NCBI GenBank assembly: GCA_950097015.1
Contig: CATNEN010000001.1
Location: 24,118,001-24,182,000 of the forward strand
Direction of reading: 5' to 3'
DNA: 64,000 nt
Source of the DNA: Macrostomum hystrix
Lineage: Eukaryota > Animalia > Platyhelminthes
In this document: piece after piece, positions 25,926 through 37,910 of the stretch
How the letters are laid out: each line of letters opens with the position of its first letter
Numbering within the stretch: the first letter of the stretch is position 1
Notes under the pieces: generated by a model
The model's database searches: none
Seen by the model: the letters and a program-made list of their open reading frames with translations, nothing else
Told to the model about the DNA's origin: nothing
Translations under genes and position numbers: made by a program

Positions 25926-28175
25926 CATGGAATTGGTTGCACAGTCTAGACAGATGGAATTGTTGCAGTCTAGACTGATGGAATTGTTGCAGTCTAGACT
26001 GATGGAATTGTTGCAGTCTAGACTGATGGAATTGGTTGCACAGTCTAGACTGATGGAATTGGTTGCACAGTCTAGACAGATGTAATTGGTTGCACAGTCT
26101 AGACAGATGGAATTGGTTGCACAGTCTAGACTGATGGAATTAGTTACACAGTCTAGACTGATGGAATTGGTTGCACAGTCTAGACAGATGGAATTGGTTG
26201 CACAGTCTAGACTGATGGAATTGTTGCAGTCTAGACTGATGGAATTGTTGCAGTCTAGACTGATGGAATTGGTTGCACAGTCTAGACAGATGTAATTGGT
26301 TGCACAGTCTAGACAGATGGAATTGGTTGCACAGTCTAGACTGATGGAATTAGTTACACAGTCTAGACTGATGGAATTGGTTGCACAGTCTAGACAGATG
26401 GAATTGGTTGCACAGTCTAGACTGATGGAATTGGCTGCACAGTCTAGACTGCTGGAATTGGTTGCACAGTCTAGACTGATGGAATTGGTTGCACAGTCTA
26501 GACTGATGGAATTGGTTGCACAGTCTAGACAGATGGAATTGGTTGCACAGTCTAGACTGATGGAATTGGTTGCACAGTCTAGACAGATGGAATTGTTGCA
26601 GTCTAGACTGATGGAATTGTTGCAGTCTAGACTGATGGAATTGGTTGCACAGTCTAGACTGATGGAATTGTTGCAGTCTAGACTGATGGAATTGGTTGCA
26701 GTCTAGACAGATGGAATTGGTTGCACAGTCTAGACAGATGGAATTGGTTGCACAGTCTAGACAGATGGAATTGGTTGCACAGTCTAGACTGATGGAATTG
26801 GTTGCACAGTCTAGACTGATGGAATTGGTTGCACAGTCTAGACTGATGGAATTGGTTGCACAGTCTAGACTGATGGAATTGGTTGCACAGTCTAGACTGA
26901 TGGAATTGGTTGCACAGTCTAGACTGATGGAATTGGTTGCACAGTCTAGACTGATGGAATTGGTTGCACAGTCTAGACAGATGGAATTGGTTACACAATC
27001 TAGAATGATGGAATTGGTTGCACAGTCTAGACAGATGGAATTGGTTGCACAGTCTAGACAGATGGAATTGGTTGCACAGTCTAGACTGATGGAATTAGTT
27101 ACACAGTCTAGACTGATGGAATAGGTTGCACAGTCTAGACAGATGGAATTGGTTGCAGTCTAGACAGATGGAATTGGTTGCACAGTCTAGACTGATGGAA
27201 TTAGTTACACAGTCTAGACTGATGGAATTGGTTGCACAGTCTAGACAGATGGAATTGGTTGCACAGTATAGACAGATGGAATTGTTGCAGTCTAGACTGA
27301 TGGAATTGTTGCAGTCTAGACTGATGGAATTGGTTGCACAGTCTAGACAGATGGAATTGGTTATACAGTCTAGACTGATGGAATTGGTTGCACAGTCTAG
27401 ACAGATGGAATTGGTTGCACAGTCTAGACTGATGGAATTGGTTGCACAGTCTAGACAGATGGAATTGGTTGCAATCTAGAATGATGGAATTGGTTGCACA
27501 GTCTAGACAGATGGAATTGGTTGCAGTCTAGACAGATGGAATTGGTTGCACAGTCTAGACTGATGGAATTGGTTGCACAGTCTAGACAGATGGAATTGGT
27601 TGCACAGTCTAGACTGATGGAATTGGTTGCACAGTCTAGACAGATGGAATTGTTGCAGTCTAGACTGATGGAATTGTTGCAGTCTAGACTGATGGAATTG
27701 TTGCAGTCTAGACTGATGGAATTGTTGCAGTCTAGACTGATGGAATTGGTTGCACAGTCTAGACAGATGGAATTGGTTGCACAGTCTAGACTGATGGAAT
27801 TGGTTGCACAGTCTAGACAGATGGAATTGGTTGCACAGTCTAGAATGATGGAATTGGTTGCACAGTCTAGACAGATGGAATTGTTGCAGTCTAGACTGAT
27901 GGAATTGTTGCAGTCTAGACTGATGGAATTGGTTGCACAGTCTAGACAGATGGAATTGGTTACACAATCTAGAATGATGGAATTGGTTGCACAGTCTAGA
28001 CAGATGGAATTGGTTGCACAGTCTAGACAGATGGAATTGGTTGCACAGTCTAGACTGATGGAATTAGTTACACAGTCTAGACTGATGGAATTGGTTGCAG
28101 TCTGCTGAATGAAATTGGTTGCAGTCTAGACTGATGGAATTGGTTGCAGTCTGCTGAATGAAATTGGTTGCAGTC
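25926..28175. repeat. 27-bp minisatellite with 24/25-bp variants
   Basis: atggaattggttgcacagtctagac(t/a)g repeated about 80 times. Confidence 0.95.
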
Positions 28176-29364
28176 ATATGCCTGTCTAATAGTAGCGATA
28201 GGTTCCCCTATACTCTCATAAAGTGCAGTGTGATGTAACTGCATGAAGGACTGCATGACTGCAGGTCAGGCAGAAAATTGTGTCCAAGGCCAATACCGTA
28301 GAAAGCTACATGTAATCAAGGCAGCATTAACACAATCTGATAGCTATCATGGAGCAGCAGTGAACACAATTAGTCCAAGTACAAAATTCACAGGCATGAT
28401 GGATAATGTGACAGTGACAAACTGCCTGCCTAATTGCAGGGGTCAGTTTGCCAGCCATACCATCCAAATATTGTATCTCTGAAATCTCTATCATATATAG
28501 AAAAAAATTATGGCCAGCAAAAGTACTGTTGCTGCTGCTGCTGCTGCTGCAAGAACTGATTAAAAACATGGATGTGCTAAGCGAACAGTACTGGAAGCGG
28601 TGGAAAACTCTATGATTTGTTAAAAATGGGTTCCAAGTGACTGGCGGTACTTATTAGACGCCATGGTATAAACTAAGAGTCAATCTAAAACCTAAATTGA
28701 TGACTTTGACTTCGCTAAACTTGCAACATATCTGCAAGTTTTTATAACACTTTTAGAAGAGAAGCAACTTTTTTAGACCACTGCTAATCTGTGCTAAATT
28801 AACTAAATATTGAAGCAACGGAATTTAATTTTCGTTTTTTAACGATAGTAATGTAAGTATATAGTCATTCTGAAAGAAAGTAACGGAATAATATGTCTTA
28901 AATAAGAGAATGTAACGAAATGATGACACTAAGGTAAAAAACAAAATAATGTAGCTAGTTTTAAAGAAAGTAACGCAATGATTTGGCTAATAAAGTAACG
29001 ACCTGGTGATGTAATTAGTGCAACGCGCTGAACTAAAAACCGACGCTCGGAGATCAAGGTTTTATCGCTAATAAAAACTCACACTACACTACTTACATTC
29101 ACTACTTAAGTAGTACAAACGACTACAAGTGTTATAAAATCCCACTTCTAGAAAAAACCAAGACGAAAAAAGGCTACAAAGTTGTTTTTATTTTTCTTGA
29201 TCCACAAAAACTCATGTGTAGAGGCGCACCGCTCACTGAAAGCGATTTCCGCTCACTACAATCGGCAATCATCTTTTTTTATTTCCGTGCGCACCTGCTC
29301 ATCACAATGACTCAAAACAGCACAGGAAATCCCACAGTTAAAAGTTCCAAGCCAGACCGCCAGC

Positions 29365-30193
29365 TCAGTAGATGCGGAAGCTGGGGCCCATGGTGGACTT
29401 GATGTACAGAGCGCGCACATTCTGCCAGTTCTTCTTCAGCAGAGAGACCAAGAAGTTGATGGACAGGGTGATGTTGTTGATGAGGTCGGTGGCGCTCATC
29501 TCCTCGTGTCCGATGGCCACAGCCAGGCACAGAACCTTCTTCATCTGGAACTTGATGGTGGCCTTGACCTCCTCGACCTTGGCAGCCAGAGAGTCGGAGT
29601 GGGTCACCATTGTTGGGAACTTGCCAGCCTTGTTCAGTCCGGGGCCAAGCACACGGGGAATCTGCTTGATGATGGAGTCAGAGGCAAGGAAGGCGTCGTA
29701 CTGCTTGGCCAGCTTCTTCACCAGCTTCTTGTTCTTGTTCAGCTTCTTCAGCGCCTCGATGTCCATGCAGGGCAGGTTGGCGGCGGCGGCCTGGTCGCAG
29801 TGCTGCTGGTCGCCAAGGACGCAAACCTTCATCTTCGGCTTGGGCACGTTCTTCAGCCTAGGCGTGGCGGGGGTGATGAGTTTGTTAGTAGGATCTTGAA
29901 TTAGTCAAACGATAGGCAACATATGGGAGAACTACAACACCTAGTAAAGCTAAATTTCTTGCACAGTACTAGTAAACCATTTTTTCTCTTGGGCACGAAC
30001 GCTCAGCCAGAAGTCCAAGCAAATCAAAGCCTCACCTGATGGTGCCGCTGAAACGCTTGTCCTTCTGCGGGTCGTAGTTCTTCAGCGCGATCTGCAGCTC
30101 GATTGTCTGCTTGAACTTGCGCGGCTTGTCCTTGACTTGCTTCAGCATTCCCTCCACCGACTCGGTGAGAATCTCGCGAGAGATCTTCGACAT
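29365..30193 (-). CDS. RPL10A: 60S ribosomal protein L10a (uL1), copy 1. Exons 30193-30036 and 29857-29365; 216 aa.
   Basis: MSKISREIL...[23 protein letters not shown]|[21 protein letters not shown]...[19 protein letters not shown]; 178-bp GT-AG intron. Confidence 0.97.
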
Positions 30194-33100
30194 CCCCCTG
30201 CTAGCTGGAATAGGGATTTGAGGATTTGTGACTTTGTAAACAAAATAAACAGCTGATAAAATGTATTGACTAGCTTTACAAAAAACATAACAGAAGGTGT
30301 TCAAAATGGAATTGTACAACATTTGTTATGTGCTTTCAATAATTATTTCTGATGAAGCAAGGAAGTGGCAGTCAGGGCTGTGACTATCAATCCCAATGTA
30401 CTAAAAATTTAAATCTTACTTACTTGCTTGAGATCAATTTTCTTGCAACAGCTGATAAATATTCAATCTTTTTTATTAAAAAATAAATTTATAATTTCAA
30501 TATTAGCTGAGATACTTGAAGCATGCTAAATTATCATCAAGATTTGGGACGTGTTAAAAATAGCTAGCTAAATATTACAATTGCTTGCTAAAATAAATAA
30601 TGACATTACATAATAAAGGACCAAGCAAGTTTTTCACCACAACAGCCCTTAATCCCAAACCAACTCTCATCCAGGATGATTCAGCTTTGCTGACTTGAGC
30701 ACATCTGCACAGTAATCCAAGCCTTTAATTTGGCTACCAAAAGCAGATGATATTTGTATGGCTAATTCTATGAGATGACGGTCATTGTGTTGGTGTACAT
30801 AATAATCATTTTTGTACCAAAGACAAACTAACTCAAGACTTTGTATGTTCTATATTGATGGGTGTGACCTCTAGATTAAGATAATATACATTTTAAAGTA
30901 ATTTTATTTACTGTGTTAATCTAGCAGACAGAAACTTTCAATGATGGTCGTTTTTGGTGAAAGTTGACATATAAAAATTTTCAACATAAGTTCAAGATTC
31001 CTGCAATAGTAGCCAGTTTTAAGTGTGTTGCACATTTTTTCTTAGATGACGGTCATTGGATTATGGTTGTTTGTTTAAAAAAATGACCATAATTTTTTAA
31101 AACAGCATAATGAATCTCTCTATTTTGGATAATATCTTGGTTTTAAGATTGTTTATAACTAATATTAGTTCTAATAAAAATATCTAATGCCTTTCCTTAA
31201 AATAAACCATAAAATTTATTACACTAATCTCACATTTCAGATCAAACCTACCATGCACATGCTAACAAAAAAGACAATTGAACTTAGATATAGGCTAAGA
31301 AAATAATTTAGCAAAAAAATCACTTCACAAGCCTTTTGAGCTTGGTATAACAACTTTTCATTAAAAAATGATGGTCATTTTCAATACTTTTAAAAAGCAA
31401 AGCCCAAACTTTTCAAAGCAAAAGTTATGATAAAAAGAAATATGTTAGGTCATAAAACAAATTATTATTTCAGTTTTTAGATATAATAAAGTTAAGTTAT
31501 TTTTTTATTTATATTCTCTCAGTTAAATTTAGGACTAATTAGTTCCTTAATGAATACTAGATTCACTTTTTATGTCCTACAGAACATTGAAATAATTGTA
31601 GGGGTACTATGATCAAAACAAAAAATATAAATCTAAAGGTAGATAAATGTTTAAAACTACTTGAACATAAAACTATATATAATTATGTACAAATAGAAAT
31701 ATAAACGTTTATAAATATAGCAAAAAAAATTATGCCCCATTGATAACCTTCTCATGGAATTACCCATATATAAGTTATAACAAATATATATAACATATAA
31801 CAAAAAATATCAACATTGTCTTCAGGCTTCTCTATGTAGTTGCCACCACACTGCACATACCTTCTGTCATTGGGTGAGCATGTCATCAATGAGATTGACA
31901 AAATCTGAGCACAGCATCTCATCCATAGTCCGGATCATGTCATTTATGCCGGAGATCTCTGGCGTAAATCTGGTTTGGGATCGGAGGCTGGCGTAAGTGC
32001 TTAGCGTAAGTATAGGCCAAAATGTGCCTTGGCGTAAGTGCTTGGCATAAGTACATGGCATAAATCAAGTGGCGTAAATGTTAGCACAAATGAGATCATT
32101 CACAATCAAATGTATCACTATAGAACATAACAAATTTGCGTTAATTATGATGTTAAGGAGCAGCATTAAAACAAAGTTCATTAAAATATTGCAGTTCGTA
32201 TAAATGAGATAGCAGAATATCTATTGTAGGATAGCAAAAGTTTTTTTAGCTTTAAGATGCTTACTTTGATACTTGATTCAGAATTTGCAACTTGTGAGAT
32301 TTTTAAACAGTTGCAACTTCTGAGTTTAATTAATCACCAATTAACAAGAATTGTGAAGGACCTTTTTTTGGTTGACGTAAGTGCCAAAAAATGTTGGATT
32401 TTTCCTCCGGAATAAGTCCAGCATGATCCGGACTATGGCATCTCATGAAAGAGATCTTGAAAGTCAAAGCCTTGAGATCCACACAAATATGGAAGATTTG
32501 TCTACACAAAAGCTTCATTTTTGGGATGGCAACAAAGTCAGCTGGTGACAATCAAAGAAAATTGTTTGAATCATTGAATGTCAGCTGGCCATTCTTAAAT
32601 TTTTCAATTCAGCCATAAATGGCTTTTAGCTTTAGACTATTGTCTCTATGTTACTCTTGAAGATGGTCAGCAATCCAACTGGCATTCTAGCCTATGTCAG
32701 TAGTTCATAATAACTAAAGTGTTTCTTATAGAATATAGCTTCAGACTTAATGAATATCTAAAAACTATATTCTAGTGAACAAAAAGCGTTAGGCAGGTAA
32801 AGCTAATGAGATTACGTAACTTTAGACGTTGGCTTTAAAGTGGAGGCTTAGAGAATAGTGCTGAACCTTTTATAGCAGCTTATAATAGAAAAATAGCAGC
32901 TATTAGGCCTATAGCAGCTAAAAATAGAAAATTACAGAACGAATGTTAAATAATCTTAAAAACTTTATGCTACTAACTATGCTCTCCTAACAGCCTAATA
33001 AAGGAACTATTTTTGGTAGAAAGAAAATGAAAGAGTAAATTTATATTAAGGGTCCTCCTAGCGATAAGCTGATCGGCATAGCATTTTTTTAAACTGCATT

Positions 33101-34831
33101 TTGCAAAATCATAGACGATTGCAAACTAAAATTGTGCGTAAATTAAAAACTATAACAATATCTCGTATGCTTTATGTTTTAGAAACATATTTGTAACATT
33201 TTGGCAATAAAATGTTTTCGAAAGACACATACAAAATAATAAAATAAATCAGATAACTAAATAGAAACTAAGGAAATGATTCTTACGATAATACGGGATT
33301 GACTTGAAACTAGACTCTTTATTTTCGCTGGGCAGATTTAGTTTTTTCATGGCATTTTTGGCACCTACTGAATTTTGATTGGTCTCTCTGCTCTCTGATG
33401 TTCCTCATTTTACATCTGTTTATTTGCTATACTTAAAAACAATTAGAATCTAAGTGCTCATGGGAAGCACGTGCAGATTATGCGGTAAAATGTTTGGGAA
33501 CGAGCTTTTTCACTATTCTTCTGAGTGCCCAATCTTACAGCAGACAATGTTAAATCTATTCAACCATGATACTTTAAGCTTACAGCAATTCTGCAATATT
33601 CTGTTAACGAGAGCAGAATAAGGAAAGACCTTTAGCAATCGAGGTCTATAGGATACTATTATATTACAAAGAGTAAAGACAGTGGGCATGTAAAAATAGA
33701 CATGCCTACGATTTAAACATACATGTACTCATCAACCATTCTCTCTCATATATCCACACTCAGTTGCATTGTAGCATAAGATTCTCTCTACTGAATCAGG
33801 CCTTCGTTATTATTGAAATGCGTTTCAACGTAATCAATATTCAATGTTGCGCTCGTAATAACATTTCAGTCTTTTTGCTATTTTAATTTTTCCCCGTTAT
33901 TTCTTCAGTTTTCTTACTTCTTTCTTTCCTTAGCTTTTCTATATATGTCAACCTGTTAAACATAATTGCTACCCAAAATCTATTGCAAAATTTAAAATGG
34001 ATCTAAATTCTACGCTCGTAAATATCATGTTCACCTTCCACTTCCTTGCTCCCTATTTTTTAACTTCGCTCTTTCAGCAATTTCTCTAATCGAGACTGCA
34101 GACTTCGGTGCAATATTGATATTTATAATTTATATTTTTTTCTCGTAATCATTTTTATGCGCTCTTGAGTTTACTTTTGTAGTAAAAATATCAATTTTTT
34201 GCATTGATTAAATGCTCCTTATCACATTTTCCGCTTTAGTACCATTTTAGAACTGCCTTAATTACCTTTCAAACAACTTTCCAAATTCATCCAAATAAAC
34301 ATAAAATAACATTGGCAAAACAGGCTGCTTGCCTGGGCCAACCTACCTACCTACCTACCTAACTACCTACCAGTCAGGTTAGCGTTCTTTTCTCGTCTAT
34401 GTGCACGCAAATACCTGGCCAGTCTGTTGGCTTTAGAATTTTGGATTGTAGGTTGCAACTTAACATTACAATCCATAAAAAACTGCAACAACCAACAATA
34501 TATCGAGGCGCTCAGCAGTGCAAAAACAGACTCGTGCCCTTAGTCTTAACTTAAAATTGCTATGGGCCTCAATTGTGATTCCCTAAATATCCTTCTTGTC
34601 CTTATAGGCTTTATCTTAAATAAAAAACAAGAGACGAAAACCACAATATTCTTGTTCCATCGCAAAGAAACGATCAAAGGCTCAAACTCAGCGTGCCGTC
34701 TTCGTAAATCCCTCAATGCGCAACTATGTCATTTAAAATTCAACAAACGAGAGAGATATTTGCACCAGCAATTGCTGCACAATGGATAACATCTCAAGCA
34801 AAGTCAACTGAAGGCAAAATTTTCCATCAGC

Positions 34832-36697
34832 TCAGTAGATGCGGAAGCTGGGGCCCATGGTGGACTTGATGTACAGAGCGCGCACATTCTGCCAGTTCTT
34901 CTTCAGCAGAGAGACCAAGAAGTTGATGGACAGGGTGATGTTGTTGATGAGGTCGGTGGCGCTCATCTCCTCGTGTCCGATGGCCACAGCCAGGCACAGA
35001 ACCTTCTTCATCTGGAACTTGATGGTGGCCTTGACCTCCTCGACCTTGGCAGCCAGAGAGTCGGAGTGGGTCACCATTGTTGGGAACTTGCCAGCCTTGT
35101 TCAGTCCGGGGCCAAGCACACGGGGAATCTGCTTGATGATGGAGTCAGAGGCAAGGAAGGCGTCGTACTGCTTGGCCAGCTTCTTCACCAGCTTCTTGTT
35201 CTTGTTCAGCTTCTTCAGCGCCTCGATGTCCATGCAGGGCAGGTTGGCGGCGGCGGCCTGGTCGCAGTGCTGCTGGTCGCCAAGGACGCAAACCTTCATC
35301 TTCGGCTTGGGCACGTTCTTCAGCCTAGGCGTGGGGGAACAGGGGTAAGTGGGCTAGCGGTTTGTTTAATGATTGCGACAAAACGACAAGCTAGTTAGAT
35401 TCCAGCTATAGAAAAGTAACCAGAATTAACTACCGTTAAATCTACGTTGAAAGCTAAAATAAGTCCGTTCAAGTTAAATCCGTTAAATTTTTAATACATC
35501 CGTTAAATCCTCAATAAGAACGTTAAATCACTAATACATCCGTTAAATCCTCAATACATCCGTTAAATCCTCAATACAACTGTTAAATCCTCAATACAAC
35601 TGTTAAATCCTCAATACAACTGTTAAATCCTCAATACAACTGTTAAATCCTCAATACAACTGTTAAATCCTCAGTACAACTGTTAAATCCTCAATACAAC
35701 TGTTAAATCCTCAATACAACTGTTAAATCCTCAATACAACTGTTAAACCCTTAATACAACTGTTAAATCCTCAATACAACTGTTAAATCCTAAATACAAC
35801 TGTTAAATCCTCAATACAACTGTTAAATCCTCAATACAACTGTTAAATCCTAAATACAACTGTTAAATCCTCAATACAACTGTTAAATCCTCAATACAAC
35901 TGTTAAATCCTCAATACAACTGTTAAATCCTTAATACAACTGTTAAATCCTCAATACAACTGTTAAATCCTTAATACAACTGTTAAATCCTCAATACAAC
36001 TGTTAAATCCTCAATACAACTGTTAAATCCTCAATACAACTGTTAAATCCTCAATACAACTGTTAAATCCTCAATACATCCGTTAAATCCTCAATACACC
36101 CGTTAAATCCTCAATACATCCGTTAAATCCTCAATACATCCGTTAAATCTTTAATACACCCTACAATGTCTACAATAACATCGTTTGATCTACAAAAGTT
36201 CCGTAAAATATAAAATCCTTCCAAATCTAAAGTACAAGTACTTTCGTCAAGTCTACAATAGCTCCGTTACACACACGGCTTCCGTTTAATCTAACTTCCG
36301 TTAAGTGTTCATATTCGCAAGTTCCGTTAAATCAATAATAATTCCGTTAAGCGCACAATACGTGGCTGAACTAAAGACATTGTCTTGATGCCTTTTGAAT
36401 TAACTAAGTTAGAAGTTTTGATAAAATTATTCTGACTAAATTTCAATCAAATTCAAGTGTGATCACTCGTACTTTCTGAAACATGAAGTGATTTGAAAGC
36501 TTAACAGTTAGCTAACGCAAGAACTCCTCCTAGCCTCACCTGATGGTGCCGCTGAAACGCTTGTCCTTCTGCGGGTCGTAGTTCTTCAGCGCGATCTGCA
36601 GCTCGATTGTCTGCTTGAACTTGCGCGGCTTGTCCTTGACTTGCTTCAGCATTCCCTCCACCGACTCGGTGAGAATCTCGCGAGAGATCTTCGACAT
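34832..36697 (-). CDS. RPL10A: 60S ribosomal protein L10a (uL1), copy 2. Exons 36697-36540 and 35324-34832; 216 aa.
   Basis: Coding sequence reads identical to copy 1; 1215-bp GT-AG intron at the same position. Confidence 0.97.
35470..36155. repeat. 20-bp minisatellite in the RPL10A copy 2 intron
   Basis: tgttaaatcctcaatacaac repeated about 33 times. Confidence 0.95.
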
Positions 36698-36807
36698 TCC
36701 GCCGCTGGCTGAAGTTTTAAGCAAAACTTTAAGCAATAAAATAGATGAATTCGTTTATTTGCGGGAAGGAACGAACTACTGCTGATCTGAGTCAGCTGAT
36801 GAAGGAC

Positions 36808-37495
36808 GGTTATATCTATCCAACTTCCGTTATATCTATCCAACTTCCGTTAAATCTATCCAACTTCCGTTATATCTATCCAACTTCCGTTATATCTATC
36901 CAACTTCCGTTATATTTACCCAACTTCCGCTATATCTATCTAACTTCCGTTATATCTCTCCAACTTCCGTTATATCTATCCAACTTCCGTTAAATCTATC
37001 CAACTTCCGTTAAATCTTTCCAACTTCCGCTATATCTATCTAACTTCCGTTATATCTATCCAACTTCCGTTATATCTCTCCAACTTCCATTATATCTATC
37101 CAACTTCCGTTATATCTATCCAACTTCCGTTAAATCTCCCCAACTTCCGTTATATCTCTCCAACTTCCGTTATATATATGCAACTTCCGCTACATTTATC
37201 CAACTTTCGTTATATCTATCCAACTTCTGTTAAATCTATCCAACTTCCGTTAAATCTATCCAACTTCTGCTATATCTATCAAACTTCTGTTATATCTATC
37301 CAACTTCCGTTAAATCTATCCAACTTCCGTTAAATCTATCCAACTTCCGTTAAATCTATCCAACTTCCGTTAAATCTATCCAACTTCCGCTATATCTATC
37401 AAACTTCTGTTATATCTATCCAACTTCCGTTATATCTATCCAACTTCCGTTAAATCTATTTAACTTCCGTTATATCTATCCAACTTCCGTAAATT
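36808..37495. repeat. 20-bp minisatellite between Nup214 and RPL10A copy 2
   Basis: cgtta(t/a)atctatccaacttc repeated about 34 times. Confidence 0.95.
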
Positions 37496-37910
37496 TCCAT
37501 TAAAATTCCACAACTTCCATTAAATTCTAACCAGCTAACGTGAGATTTAATCGACTTCCGTTAATTCAACACTAACTTCCGTTAACTAAAAAGATTAGAG
37601 AAGGCACAGCTCAGCGTTTGCAGCATGGCGTAATAATTCCGGCTGAGGTTAGTTCTATATTGTAACACATTTATCGAGATGGCTTAAAAGGTAATAGCTA
37701 GATCAGCAAAAAACTAAAGCGCACTTTATGTCATCATACGAAACATTAAACGGTATTTGGTTTAGATCAATTATTTGTAAACACTGAATTTAGTCATTGG
37801 AAAAAAATCAAATCAAATTATTTCTAGGACGCAATTTTGACTACTTACAGTAGCCTAGCTTGTCATTTCGACATTATTGTTAAGAATGAACTGGGAATAC
37901 AAATGACACA

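Noticed and set aside
8978-28108. Long repetitive ORFs (e.g. 8978-9767, 11178-14213, 21046-22272, 22692-25266, 26086-28108)
   Set aside because: They are translations of minisatellites, often open in several frames or broken by unit-length variants; several lie inside introns of the TMEM179B-like gene.
30770-32085. Scattered short motifs (atgacggtcatt, tggcgtaa) as a functional array
   Set aside because: Few, irregularly spaced copies; probably decayed transposon subterminal repeats with no definable boundaries.
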